DNA of 48,060 nt from an uncultured Gammaproteobacteria bacterium. Its GTDB lineage: Bacteria > Pseudomonadota > Gammaproteobacteria > PS1 > Pseudothioglobaceae. Below the pieces are notes generated by a model that ran no database searches, had not been told where the DNA came from, and was given only the letters and a program-made list of their open reading frames with translations. The stretch covers positions 1 through 48,060 of the forward strand of contig CALCCK010000007.1 of assembly GCA_937899995.1 (NCBI GenBank). The letters are read 5' to 3'. Numbering within the stretch: position 1 is the stretch's first letter; every line of letters starts with the position of its first letter. Shown piece after piece: positions 1 through 10,001 of the stretch. A program made the translations under genes and the position numbers.

Positions 1-176
1 TCGATGTCACCTGCTGTGGTCCTAGTACTCCTCTGTATGTACAGGCGGTGTTCGTGGTACGACGAGGTACTCTGAGTAATGACTGTTGTTATGGTTGGGT
101 TGTTTTTTTTTTCAAGCAGAAGACGGCATACGAGATAGGCTTGTGACTGGAGTTCAGACGTGTGCTCTTCCGATCT
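1..176. other. Non-biological sequence: read-through junk (1-112) plus Illumina TruSeq indexed P7 adapter (113-176)
   Basis: Exact CAAGCAGAAGACGGCATACGAGAT (113-136), 6-nt index AGGCTT (137-142), then GTGACTGGAGTTCAGACGTGTGCTCTTCCGATCT (143-176). Preceded by a T homopolymer and unstructured sequence. Confidence 0.95.
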
Positions 177-635
177 AATATCCGCTAGAGAGACGATAAC
201 CAAAGTCTTTACAAGGCCTGTCCAGGGTTTTTTTAGGTCATTTTCTTGCCTTATTAAAAAACCAGCCATAAATAAAATCATCACCAGTTTCATCATTTCA
301 GAAGGTTGAAAATTAAACATTCCTAGGTTGATCCAACGTGTTGAGCCTTTAACTGCATGACCAATAGGCTCAGGTAAAAATACCATAGCAAGCAGAATCA
401 AGGTAATTACAAAAAATATGGGGGAGTATTTTTTTAAAAATGAAATAGGTATTTTTAAAACAAAAAAACCAGCGCCCAGCCCAAGTAAAATAAAAAAACC
501 TTGCTTGGCGGCAAATGAGTAGTTATTAAAATGCCCTAAAGAAGCAGAAAAAGACAGGATCCAGCCAAATGTAATTAGCACTAAAATGGCAATTAATAGG
601 TTTTTATCGGGATATTGTCCAGTTTGTTCAAACAT
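177..635 (-). CDS. SEDS-family peptidoglycan polymerase (FtsW/RodA-like), N-terminal 153 codons only; the 3' end is cut by the adapter junction
   Basis: My own minus-strand translation from the ATG at 635-633: MFEQTGQYPDKNLLIAILVLITFGWILSFSAS...VKGSTRWINLGMFNFQPSEMMKLVMILFMAGFLIRQ. The RW-x-LG-x-F-x-FQPSE-x-x-K motif is typical of FtsW/RodA. Not in the ORF track because the frame runs into the adapter. Confidence 0.75.
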
Positions 636-756
636 AAATGCTTAGATGTTGATTGCTAATAGGTAAGTATTTTATACCCTAAATACAGATACTACTAGTT
701 GAGCTTTTGTCGCTATTAGGGGATAATGTTGCTTTTTATAAATTTGTCCAGCTATT

Positions 757-2343
757 ATGATCTCTACTGCTAATATCACCATGCAATTTGGTGAAAAACC
801 TTTATTTGAAAATATTTCTATCAAATTTCAAGGTGGTAATCGCTATGGCTTGATCGGTGCCAATGGTTGTGGTAAATCAACTTTCATGAAAATCTTAACT
901 GGCGAGTTAACACCCTCTAATGGTACGGTAAGTATCAGTGATGGTGAGAGACTTGGTATTTTGCGCCAGGATCAATTTGCTTATGAGGAATTCCGTGTTG
1001 TTGATACAGTCATCATGGGTCACGAAAAACTTTGGGAAGTAAAAAAAGAAAGAGACCGTATTTATGCTTTGCCAGAAATGAGCGATGAAGATGGTATTAA
1101 GGTCGGAGAATTAGAAATGGAGTTTGCCGAGATGGATGGCTATATGGCCGAATCTTCTGCCAGTGAATTACTGTTAGGCTTAGATATTCCTGAGGAGCAA
1201 CATTACGGCTTAATGAGTGAGATTGCTCCTGGTTGGAAGCTACGTATTTTGCTTGCTCAAGCATTGTTCTCTGATCCTGAAATATTGTTATTAGATGAGC
1301 CAACCAACAACTTGGATATCAACTCAATCCGTTGGTTGGAAGGGGTGTTGAATGAACGTAAAGCGACTATGGTCATCATCTCTCACGATAGACACTTCTT
1401 AAATGGTGTTTGTACCCATATGTCTGATTTGGACTATGGTGCGCTTAATACTTTCCCAGGTAATTACGATCAATTTATGATTGCTGCAACTGCTATTCAA
1501 GAAAAAATGCAAACGGATAACGCCAAGAAAGAAGCTAAGATTAAAGAGCTTAAGCATTTTGTTTCTCGTTTTTCTTCAAATGCTTCTAAAGCTAAGCAAG
1601 CAACATCACGTCAAAAACAACTTGAAAAAATTGAACTTTATGATATTAAGCCTTCATCAAGAGTGAGTCCGTACATTTTCTTTAATCAAGAAAACAAACT
1701 CCACAGAAACGTATTGGAAGTTGCAGGCCTTAACAAAAGTTTTGATGATCTTCACGTACTTAAAGATATTGAGTTCTTGTTTGAGGTTGGTGAGCGTGTT
1801 GCTATTATTGGTCAAAATGGTATTGGTAAAACTACTTTATTGCGTACCTTAGTTGGCGAACTTGAGGCTGACAAGGGCAAGGTTAAGTGGAGTGAAAATA
1901 TTAATATTGGTTATTACGCACAGGATCATACTGCTGATTTTGAAGAGGATATGACCGTACTGGATTGGATGAGCCAATTCAAGAGCGAGAAAGACGATAT
2001 TCAAGCAATGCGTAGTGTTCTTGGCAAGATGCTATTTGGTAAGAATGACATCACCAAGAGTGTTAAATCACTTTCTGGTGGTGAAAAGGGCAGAATGTTA
2101 TTCGGAAAGTTAATGCTACAAAAGCCAAATGTATTGGTAATGGATGAACCAACTAACCACTTGGATATGGAATCAATCGAAGCGCTTAACCTGGCACTTG
2201 ATAACTATGAAGGTACCTTGATTTTTGTTAGTCACGATAGAGAATTTGTCTCTTCATTATCTACTAAAGTGGTGGAACTTAAAGAAGATGGCATGCATTA
2301 CTATTCTGGCAATTATGAGGACTATTTAAAGTCTCAAAGATAA
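757..2343 (+). CDS. ybiT: ABC-F family ATPase, YbiT-like (two ABC domains, no transmembrane domain)
   Basis: Collinear with my recollection of E. coli YbiT (TMQFG[35 protein letters not shown]). Two Walker A motifs ([18 protein letters not shown]) and two [13 protein letters not shown] signatures. Confidence 0.9.
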   Translation: MISTANITMQFGEKPLFENISIKFQGGNRYGLIGANGCGKSTFMKILTGELTPSNGTVSISDGERLGILRQDQFAYEEFRVVDTVIMGHEKLWEVKKERDRIYALPEMSDEDGIKVGELEMEFAEMDGYMAESSASELLLGLDIPEEQHYGLMSEIAPGWKLRILLAQALFSDPEILLLDEPTNNLDINSIRWLEGVLNERKATMVIISHDRHFLNGVCTHMSDLDYGALNTFPGNYDQFMIAATAIQEKMQTDNAKKEAKIKELKHFVSRFSSNASKAKQATSRQKQLEKIELYDIKPSSRVSPYIFFNQENKLHRNVLEVAGLNKSFDDLHVLKDIEFLFEVGERVAIIGQNGIGKTTLLRTLVGELEADKGKVKWSENINIGYYAQDHTADFEEDMTVLDWMSQFKSEKDDIQAMRSVLGKMLFGKNDITKSVKSLSGGEKGRMLFGKLMLQKPNVLVMDEPTNHLDMESIEALNLALDNYEGTLIFVSHDREFVSSLSTKVVELKEDGMHYYSGNYEDYLKSQR

Positions 2344-2716
2344 TGTCTTATCCATTATTCTTAAAGAATGCAAACAATCATTATCGATATAAAATTTCAC
2401 TCATATCAAGCACTTATTCATTTAACAATAATTTTCTTATGGGCACGTTTATTTTCCGTAAAAACTTGACTTTTTTAAAAAAATGTGGTAACACTACGCC
2501 CAATCTCTATTTAATGATGAATAGATGAATTAATATAATCTTCCAATGTAGGAATGAGTATATATATCAGATAAAGTATTCTGTACTTCTCTTTATAGGT
2601 AAAGTCGCCTGTTAATTTTTATAAATTGTATGCGAATTAATAAAGAGTGCTGTTAATAATTTAGCTATTTTGCTGAATTATTTATATCTTAAATATATAT
2701 TCTTGGGAGGATTATT

Positions 2717-4006
2717 ATGAGATCGTATAAAAATAAAGTTAAGATGGTATTGGCTGCTAGTTTGGCCATTACTTTAAATGTCACTGCATTTGCAGCAGAC
2801 ACTATCAAAGTGGGAGTACTTCACTCTCTTTCAGGCACGATGGCAATTAGTGAGACAACATTAAAAGACACAATGTTGATGCTAATCGAAGATCAAAATA
2901 AGAAGGGTGGCGTACTGGGTAAAAAATTAGAAGCGGTTGTAGTTGATCCTGCATCTAATTGGCCTTTATTTGCTGAAAAGGCACGAGAATTACTTGAAGT
3001 GGATAAAGTTGATGTAATTTTTGGGTCATGGACGTCAGTTTCTAGAAAATCTGTTCTTCCTGTTATAGAAGAGCTAAATGCTGTTTTCTTCTATCCAGTT
3101 CAGTATGAAGGTGAAGAGTCATCTAAGAATGTATTTTATACGGGTGCTGCTCCAAACCAACAGGCAATACCAGCTGTAGATTATATGATGAATGATATTG
3201 GTATTAAGCGTTGGGTTCTGGCAGGAACAGATTACGTGTATCCACGTACAACTAATAAGATCTTAAGAGCATATCTAAAAGCTAAGGGAGTTGCTGAATC
3301 AGATATTATGATTAATTACACGCCTTTCGGGCATTCGGATTGGCAAACTATTGTATCTGATATTAAATCATTTGGTTCTACAGGCAAAAAGACAGCTGTA
3401 ATTTCTACTATTAATGGTGATGCTAATGTTCCTTTTTACAAAGAGTTAGGTAATCAAGGTATGTCAGCATCTGATATTCCAGTAATAGCATTCTCAGTTG
3501 GTGAAGAGGAGCTTTCTGGTTTAGATACTACTCCGTTGGTTGGACATCTTGCTGCATGGAACTACTTCATGAGTGTAGACGCACCAGAAAATGATGATTT
3601 TATTGCTAAATGGAAGGCATTTATTAAAGATGATAAAAGGGTAACTAACGATCCAATGGAAGCTCATTATATTGGTTTTAATATGTGGGTTAAGGCTGTG
3701 GAGAAAGCAGGTACAACCGATCCTTCTGCAGTACAAGAAGCCATTATTGGTGTAACTACTCCTAATCTATCAGGTGGTGTATCTGCAATGATGCCTAATC
3801 ATCATATTACTAAGCCCGTGATGATTGGTGAGATTCAAGCAGATGGTCAATTTGATATTGTTTGGTCTACTTCAGGTCTTGTAGCTGGTGATGCATGGTC
3901 AGATTTTTTACCAGGCTCTAAGGATTTAATTGCAGATTGGAGAGCTCCTTTAAGTTGTGGTAACTACAATGTTAAAACAGCTAAGTGCTCTGGACAGAAC
4001 TATTAA
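2717..4006 (+). CDS. urtA: Urea ABC transporter substrate-binding protein UrtA
   Basis: Signal peptide (…VTAFAAD), then the Leu/Ile/Val-type binding-protein fold motif IKVGVLHSLSGTMAISE. First gene of a urtABCDE set. SD GGGAGG lies 7 nt upstream. Confidence 0.9.
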   Translation: MRSYKNKVKMVLAASLAITLNVTAFAADTIKVGVLHSLSGTMAISETTLKDTMLMLIEDQNKKGGVLGKKLEAVVVDPASNWPLFAEKARELLEVDKVDVIFGSWTSVSRKSVLPVIEELNAVFFYPVQYEGEESSKNVFYTGAAPNQQAIPAVDYMMNDIGIKRWVLAGTDYVYPRTTNKILRAYLKAKGVAESDIMINYTPFGHSDWQTIVSDIKSFGSTGKKTAVISTINGDANVPFYKELGNQGMSASDIPVIAFSVGEEELSGLDTTPLVGHLAAWNYFMSVDAPENDDFIAKWKAFIKDDKRVTNDPMEAHYIGFNMWVKAVEKAGTTDPSAVQEAIIGVTTPNLSGGVSAMMPNHHITKPVMIGEIQADGQFDIVWSTSGLVAGDAWSDFLPGSKDLIADWRAPLSCGNYNVKTAKCSGQNY

Positions 4007-4025
4007 ATTCTGATTTTTATATAAT

Positions 4026-4065
4026 AAAGGTATTGTGGTGTAATAAACATTAATACCTTTTTTTT
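4026..4065 (+). terminator. Hairpin plus T-run after urtA; probable intra-operon attenuator or partial terminator
   Basis: AAAGGTATT (4026-4034) pairs with AATACCTTT (4052-4060) across a 17-nt loop, followed by TTTTT. The AT-rich stem makes it weak. Confidence 0.4.
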
Positions 4066-4082
4066 ATAAAATATATAAAAAA

Positions 4083-5672
4083 ATGAAATATATTTTATTT
4101 TTACTTATAGGATTTTTTTCCTTAAGTGGTTATGCTGATGAAAGCAGTTTTCAGAATACACTTAATCAATTAATTTCCAAAAATTTCTCAACAAGATTTC
4201 AAGTCATTGAAGAAATTATTGATAGCGAACACCCTAGAACTAAGTTTGTTCTTCAATCCTTATTAAAAAATAAAATCTATTATATTAAACATCAAAAGAG
4301 TGTTGCTTTGATGTTAAAGAAAGATGGAAAATATGTATTAAGCAGTCTAATAAATGGAAATCATATAGGTATTTTTTCTAAACGAGAAATAAAAAAAATA
4401 GGTATAAATAATAAAATTAGAAAGAAAATTAAGGCCAACCTCTCAATATTAGATTTGGCACATTCAGATAAACTTGTTAGATTGAAATCTGTAAAAAATA
4501 TTTATAGTAGTATTAATCAAGACACCTTTAATATATTAAGGCTATTGGAAAAGACAGAGCATGATATAGATGTGAAGAATTCAATATCTATTGCTATAAA
4601 TATTTACAATTTAGATAATAAGCATGCATCTGAACGTATTAAGGCAATTAAATATCTGTATGGTAATTTAGAGCCTATTGTTAAAGTTAGACTTAATACG
4701 TTGGCGAGTAATGATTCAGATAAAGAAGTTAGATTAGCAGCTACAGTATCATTAAAGTCTATTGAATCAAAAACTAATGTATTCAAAATATTAGAGACTT
4801 TATTTTTTGGAATGAGTTATGGCTCAGTTCTAATTCTAGCGGCAATCGGTTTATCCATTACTTTCGGCGTCATGGGAGTCATTAATATGGCTCATGGAGA
4901 ATTAATTATGATTGGGGCATATACTACTTATGTTGTCCAATTATTAATGCCAAACTATATTGGTTTATCTGTATTAGTTGCAATTCCAGCAGCCTTTATT
5001 GTATCTGGATTGGTTGGGGTTTTGATAGAGCGAGGGATTATTCGGCATCTTCATGGTAGGCCATTAGAGACATTGCTTGCCACCTTTGGTGTGAGTTTAG
5101 TTTTACAACAAGCTGTACGCACAATATTCTCACCACTAAATCGCTCTGTACTAACTCCAGATTGGATGTCTGGGTCACTTGAGATAAATGGAATTCTATC
5201 CTTAACTTGGAATAGACTTTATATTATTGCTTTTTGTTTAATTGTATTTTTAGTTCTCGTTATGGTTCTTAAAAAAACTTCATTAGGTTTACAAGTAAGA
5301 GCGGTTTCTCAAGATAGGAATATGGCTCGTGTCATGGGGGTGCGTTCAAATTGGGTTGATGCAATGACATTCGGTTTAGGTTCTGGAATCGCTGGAATCG
5401 CTGGCGTTGCATTATCCCAATTAACAAATGTTGGTCCAAATCTTGGTCAAGCTTATATTATTGATTCGTTTATGGTTGTGGTTTTTGGAGGTGTTGGGAA
5501 CTTATGGGGAACCTTATTGGGGGGGTTTGGTTTAGGTATTATGAATAAATTAATGGAACCAGCAGTTGGCGCTGTTTTGGCAAAAGTATTAATATTAATA
5601 TTTATTATTCTATTTATTCAAAATAGACCTAAAGGCTTATTCCCTCAAAAAGGCAGATCTGGAGAGAATTAA
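4083..5672 (+). CDS. urtB: Urea ABC transporter permease UrtB, with a ~230-aa N-terminal exported repeat (HEAT-like) extension
   Basis: The C-terminal ~300 aa is a LivH-type permease (GVINMAHGELIMIGAYT...). The N terminus has a signal peptide and helical-repeat-like sequence. Position is between urtA and urtC. Confidence 0.9.
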   Translation: MKYILFLLIGFFSLSGYADESSFQNTLNQLISKNFSTRFQVIEEIIDSEHPRTKFVLQSLLKNKIYYIKHQKSVALMLKKDGKYVLSSLINGNHIGIFSKREIKKIGINNKIRKKIKANLSILDLAHSDKLVRLKSVKNIYSSINQDTFNILRLLEKTEHDIDVKNSISIAINIYNLDNKHASERIKAIKYLYGNLEPIVKVRLNTLASNDSDKEVRLAATVSLKSIESKTNVFKILETLFFGMSYGSVLILAAIGLSITFGVMGVINMAHGELIMIGAYTTYVVQLLMPNYIGLSVLVAIPAAFIVSGLVGVLIERGIIRHLHGRPLETLLATFGVSLVLQQAVRTIFSPLNRSVLTPDWMSGSLEINGILSLTWNRLYIIAFCLIVFLVLVMVLKKTSLGLQVRAVSQDRNMARVMGVRSNWVDAMTFGLGSGIAGIAGVALSQLTNVGPNLGQAYIIDSFMVVVFGGVGNLWGTLLGGFGLGIMNKLMEPAVGAVLAKVLILIFIILFIQNRPKGLFPQKGRSGEN

Positions 5673-5675
5673 TAT

Positions 5676-6767
5676 ATGTTTTTTTCAAAAATTTTAGATC
5701 ATGACACTGGCGGTAAGATTTTTCTGTCAATTCTTTTGTTTGTTAGTATATTGATACCTGTTCTACATTTAACTGTCCCTGTGGATAACTCCTTGCATAT
5801 ATCAATCTATACAGTAACTATTATAGGAAAATATTTAACTTACGCATTGTTAGCAATTGCGGTTGATTTAGTGTGGGGATATTTGGGTATTCTTAGTTTG
5901 GGGCATGGAGCATTTTTTGCATTAGGTGGATATGCTATGGGTATGTACCTTATGAGACAGATTGGAGAGAGGGGAGTGTATGGGGATCCAATACTACCTG
6001 ATTTTATGGTTTTTCTTGATTGGAAAGAACTGCCATGGTTCTGGCATGGATTTGATCAATTTTGGTTTGCAATGATTATGGTTGTCCTAATTCCTGGATT
6101 GTTAGCTTTTATTTTTGGGTGGTTAGCATTCAGGTCTAGGGTGACTGGAGTTTATCTGTCTATTATGACACAAGCTTTAGTTTATGCTTTAATGCTTGCA
6201 TTCTTTAGAAATGAACTAGGTTTTGGTGGTAATAATGGTTTGACAGATTTTAAAGACATTCTAGGTTTTGATTTGAAACTTAATTCTACTAGAATTGGCC
6301 TATTTATCGCATCATCAGTTGCATTGGCTTTCGGTTATTTATCGAGTAAAGCAATTACCAATTCAAGATTAGGTCGTGTTGCTGTCGCTATCAGGGACTC
6401 TGAAGATAGAGTGAGATTTATCGGATATCGTGTTGAATACGTAAAGCTATTTATCTTTATATTTTCAGCAATTTTAGCTGGTATAGCGGGGGCATTATAT
6501 GTGCCACAAGTAGGGATTATTAACCCTGGAGAATTTTCTCCAGTTAACTCAATTGAGATGGTTATATGGGTAGCCATTGGTGGTAGATATACTTTATATG
6601 GCGGCGTAATTGGTGCCGTACTTGTTAATTATTCTAAAACATTACTTACTAGTGCTATGCCAGAAATTTGGCTGTTTGTTTTAGGTGGAATGTTTATTCT
6701 AGTAACTATATATTTACCAAAAGGTATTGCAGGTCTATTTAACAAATCTAGGGACATTAGAAGATGA
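5676..6767 (+). CDS. urtC: Urea ABC transporter permease UrtC
   Basis: LivM-type permease (LVWGYLGILSLGHGAFFALGGYAMGMY). The stop overlaps the urtD start (ATGA). Confidence 0.9.
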   Translation: MFFSKILDHDTGGKIFLSILLFVSILIPVLHLTVPVDNSLHISIYTVTIIGKYLTYALLAIAVDLVWGYLGILSLGHGAFFALGGYAMGMYLMRQIGERGVYGDPILPDFMVFLDWKELPWFWHGFDQFWFAMIMVVLIPGLLAFIFGWLAFRSRVTGVYLSIMTQALVYALMLAFFRNELGFGGNNGLTDFKDILGFDLKLNSTRIGLFIASSVALAFGYLSSKAITNSRLGRVAVAIRDSEDRVRFIGYRVEYVKLFIFIFSAILAGIAGALYVPQVGIINPGEFSPVNSIEMVIWVAIGGRYTLYGGVIGAVLVNYSKTLLTSAMPEIWLFVLGGMFILVTIYLPKGIAGLFNKSRDIRR

Positions 6768-7570
6768 AAAAGAATAGATTATTTTTTGAAAGGGCATCCC
6801 CAACTAGAAATATTGATTTACATAAAGATATAGTGCTTTATTTGGAAAATATTACAGTTAGTTTTGACGGATTTAAAGCCCTTGATAATTTAAGTTTATA
6901 CGTTAATAAAAATGAGTTGCGCTGTATTATTGGCCCTAATGGAGCAGGAAAAACAACTATGATGGATATTATTACTGGGAAAACACGTCCTGATAAAGGC
7001 ACCGCATGGCTTGGACAAAACTTTAATTTATTGTTGCACTCTGAGGATGAAATTGCAAGGGCTGGAGTTGGTAGGAAGTTTCAGAAGCCTACAATTTTCG
7101 AAAATTTAACAATTTTTGAGAATTTAGAATTGGCACTGGACAGTGATAAAGGTGTTTTTCAAACACTTTTTGCTCAATTAACCTCACAACAAAAAGAAAC
7201 TATAGAAATAGCATTAGAGACAATTAATCTTGCAGATAACGCAAAAGAATGTGCTGGATTGCTTTCACATGGTCAAAAGCAATGGCTGGAAATTGGTATG
7301 TTGTTAGTTCAGAATTCTCAACTTTTGTTGATTGATGAGCCAGCTGCAGGTATGACACACCAAGAGATAGATAAAACTGCTGAGTTATTAATGTCCTTAA
7401 AGAAGAGCCATACAATTATAGTAGTTGAGCATGATATGGATTTTGTTAAATCACTTGAAAGTCCTGTAACTGTGTTACATCAGGGGAGTGTTTTGGCTGA
7501 AGGAAGCATGAAGAGTATTCAAGATAATCCCAAAGTAGTGGAAGTGTATTTAGGCGAACTATATGATTAA
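6764..7570 (+). CDS. urtD: Urea ABC transporter ATP-binding protein UrtD
   Basis: Walker A GPNGAGKTT, signature LSHGQKQWLEIG, Walker B LLLIDEP. LivG-like, in urt context. Confidence 0.9.
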   Translation: MKKNRLFFERASPTRNIDLHKDIVLYLENITVSFDGFKALDNLSLYVNKNELRCIIGPNGAGKTTMMDIITGKTRPDKGTAWLGQNFNLLLHSEDEIARAGVGRKFQKPTIFENLTIFENLELALDSDKGVFQTLFAQLTSQQKETIEIALETINLADNAKECAGLLSHGQKQWLEIGMLLVQNSQLLLIDEPAAGMTHQEIDKTAELLMSLKKSHTIIVVEHDMDFVKSLESPVTVLHQGSVLAEGSMKSIQDNPKVVEVYLGELYD

Positions 7571-8258
7571 AGTAGAAAAATTGAATCAATTTTATGGGGA
7601 AAGTCATACATTATGGGACTTAAGTTTTGATGTGCTTGATGGTGATTGTATTGCGATTATGGGACGTAATGGTGCAGGAAAAACAACATTAGTTGAAAGT
7701 ATTATGGGTCTTTTACCCATAATGAATGGGTCTATTATTTATCAAGATATTGATATTTCTAAACAATCTCCCGAAAGTAGAGCTTCAATAGGAATTGGAT
7801 ATGTACCTCAAGGAAAGAGGATCTTTCCGCTTTTAACTGTAGAAGAGAATCTGAGAATTGGACTACCAGTAAGAAAAGATAAGTCTAAAGTAATACCTGA
7901 ATTTATTTATGAGATTTTTCCTGTATTAAAAGATATGTTGAATCGTAAGGGTGGTGATTTATCAGGTGGACAACAGCAACAGTTAGCTATTGCTAGGGCA
8001 TTAGTTATTGACCCTAAGTTATTAATATTAGATGAACCTACCGAAGGCATTCAACCGAACGTAATCTCTGAAATTTGTGATATTATTAAAAAATTAAACC
8101 AAGAGAAAGGTATGACCGTGATAATAGTAGAGCAGAAACTACCTATTGCCAGAAGAATTGCAGATAAGTTTGTTATTCTTGAACGTGGTACTAACGTCTG
8201 TTCAGGTTTAATCAGTAATTTAGATAAGGAAATAATTAAGAAATATTTAACTGTATAG
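7563..8258 (+). CDS. urtE: Urea ABC transporter ATP-binding protein UrtE
   Basis: Walker A GRNGAGKTT, signature LSGGQQQQLAIARAL, Walker B LLILDEPTEG. LivF-like. Overlaps urtD by 8 nt. Confidence 0.9.
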   Translation: MIKVEKLNQFYGESHTLWDLSFDVLDGDCIAIMGRNGAGKTTLVESIMGLLPIMNGSIIYQDIDISKQSPESRASIGIGYVPQGKRIFPLLTVEENLRIGLPVRKDKSKVIPEFIYEIFPVLKDMLNRKGGDLSGGQQQQLAIARALVIDPKLLILDEPTEGIQPNVISEICDIIKKLNQEKGMTVIIVEQKLPIARRIADKFVILERGTNVCSGLISNLDKEIIKKYLTV

Positions 8259-8274
8259 GAGGATAGATATAAAT

Positions 8275-8475
8275 ATGTTTACGAAAATTAAAAAATATGT
8301 GGTGACAACATTGATTTTCTCTACAACCACAGTGTTTGCACATGTAACGCCAGAACATGTGCTTGGTTATAGCTATGAGCCATGGAGCTCATGGGATGCT
8401 TTTGGTGTTTTATTGCTAATACTTATCCTTTTTTTTATTGTAATTGCATTATCAAAAGAGATAGATATTGAATGA
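8275..8475 (+). CDS. 66-aa bitopic membrane or exported miniprotein, function unknown
   Basis: AGGAGG lies ~10 nt upstream. An N-terminal hydrophobic signal or anchor (VVTTLIFSTTTVFA) is followed by HVTPEHVLGYSYEPWSSWDAFG and a second TM segment (VLLLILILFFIVIAL). The stop overlaps the ureD ATG (ATGA), implying translational coupling. Confidence 0.55.
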   Translation: MFTKIKKYVVTTLIFSTTTVFAHVTPEHVLGYSYEPWSSWDAFGVLLLILILFFIVIALSKEIDIE

Positions 8476-9332
8476 CATTTATTGCTGAAAAACAGACGAG
8501 ACTTATAGAAGGCCCTATAGATAAAGGTTGGATTGCTAAGTTAGAGCTACAGTTTTCCAAGAGTAAGTCAAAAACTTTTCTCTCGAAAAGAAAACATGTG
8601 GGGCCATTAGTAATTCAAAGACCTTTTTATCCTGAAGGTGATCTATGTCATTTATATTTATTACATCCGCCAGGAGGTGTAGTTGGTGGTGATCAGTTGT
8701 TAATTAAAGTTAATACAGATCCTAATTCTTGCGCATTGATTACCACGCCTGGTGCAACTAAAGTATATCGCACTCTTGAGAATAGACATTCTATTATTAG
8801 TCAAAATTTTTCTATTGAAAATAACAGTTCACTTGAGTGGTTGCCAATGGAAACCATTATTTTTCCTGGGGCGGAATCAAAATTTTCTACTAAATTTTCA
8901 TTATTTGGAAATGCCAAGATTGCAGCATGGGAAATTCATTGTTTAGGTCGACCTGCAATTGGAGAATTGTTTGATAGTGGGAGTTTAAGTTTTAGTTTTG
9001 AATTATGGAGAGACGAATCTCCTATATTACTTGAAAAATTACAAATTGATAATTCTGAGCTGGAAAGCTCTATAGGTCTTAGGGGTTATCCGGTTTTTGC
9101 TACTTTTGTTATTAGTAGTTCTGATGAGGAGGTTCTTGATTTAGTTCGTAGTAATATACATAATAGCGATCATTATGTATGTGGAGCAACTCAAATTGAA
9201 GACTTAATTGTAATAAGGTGTCTTGGTAATAAAACACATTTAATTCAGGAACTTTTTAGAAGGATTTGGAAATTAACTCGTCCATTAGTATTTGGTAGAG
9301 AAGCTTCTGTGCCAAGAATATGGGCAACATAA
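8472..9332 (+). CDS. ureD: Urease accessory protein UreD
   Basis: Size, position and motifs (HLYLLHPPGGVVGGD..., TTPGATKVYR) are typical of UreD/UreH. Confidence 0.85.
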   Translation: MTFIAEKQTRLIEGPIDKGWIAKLELQFSKSKSKTFLSKRKHVGPLVIQRPFYPEGDLCHLYLLHPPGGVVGGDQLLIKVNTDPNSCALITTPGATKVYRTLENRHSIISQNFSIENNSSLEWLPMETIIFPGAESKFSTKFSLFGNAKIAAWEIHCLGRPAIGELFDSGSLSFSFELWRDESPILLEKLQIDNSELESSIGLRGYPVFATFVISSSDEEVLDLVRSNIHNSDHYVCGATQIEDLIVIRCLGNKTHLIQELFRRIWKLTRPLVFGREASVPRIWAT

Positions 9333-9347
9333 ACTATAGAGGTATAT

Positions 9348-10001
9348 ATGAATTTAACACCGCGTGAAAAGGATAAATTAATAATTTTTACTGCCGCTTT
9401 ATTGGCAAAGAAGCGTAAGGATAGGGGTACTAAATTGAACTATCCAGAATCTATTGCTTATATTTCATTCGAAATTTTAGAAGGTGCTCGTGATGGAAGA
9501 AGTGTGGCAGAATTAATGGATTATGGTCGACAATTATTAACAGATAATGATGTTATGCCGGGAGTGTCATCTATGATTCCTGACATCCAGGTTGAAGCTA
9601 CATTTCCTGATGGTACAAAATTAGTTACTGTACATGACCCAATACAGCCTGTTCAGTCTACTCAAAAAACTGAAGGATGTTTAAATGATGTTCTCATTCC
9701 AGGCGAAATACTTATTTCTATTTCGGATGAAATAGAAATTAATTTAGGCCGAACTCGAGTCAGAGTTTTAGTGTCGAATCATGGTGATAGGCCAATTCAA
9801 GTCGGGTCACATTATCATTTTTTTGAAACAAATCAATCCTTAATATTTGATAGAAAAAAGACAAAGGGGTTTAGATTAAATATTCCTTCTGGAACGGCGG
9901 TAAGGTTTGAACCTGGACAAGAGCGTGAAGTTGAGTTAGTTGAGTACGATGGGAATAAAGCTATTTATGGTTTTAATGCTAAAGTAATGGGGAATGTATG
10001 A
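9348..10001 (+). CDS. ureAB: Fused urease gamma plus beta subunit (UreA-UreB in one polypeptide)
   Basis: Residues 1-100 are the gamma subunit ([11 protein letters not shown]...[23 protein letters not shown]). Residues ~117-217 are the beta subunit (IPGEI...[19 protein letters not shown]...[17 protein letters not shown]). A ~16-aa linker joins them with no stop between. Confidence 0.9.
   Translation: MNLTPREKDKLIIFTAALLAKKRKDRGTKLNYPESIAYISFEILEGARDGRSVAELMDYGRQLLTDNDVMPGVSSMIPDIQVEATFPDGTKLVTVHDPIQPVQSTQKTEGCLNDVLIPGEILISISDEIEINLGRTRVRVLVSNHGDRPIQVGSHYHFFETNQSLIFDRKKTKGFRLNIPSGTAVRFEPGQEREVELVEYDGNKAIYGFNAKVMGNV

Noticed and set aside
2343-2528. A 61-aa ORF starting at the ybiT stop codon.
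   Set aside because: It lies in an AT-rich spacer and has no SD. Its composition is low-complexity Asn/Phe/Leu-rich with nothing recognisable. It is most likely non-coding promoter or spacer DNA upstream of urtA.
2344-2716. I looked for a riboswitch (guanidine/ykkC-like) or a sigma-54/NtrC-type promoter in the 373-nt leader region of urtA. Candidates were GGGCACG-N4-TTTT at about 2441-2458 and TGGTAA-N5-CGCC at about 2486-2500.
   Set aside because: I could not see conserved GC-rich riboswitch stems. Both sigma-54-like sites miss the GC of the -12 element or have the wrong spacing. A TTGACT (2466-2471) with a poor TAACAC -10 is too weak to call.
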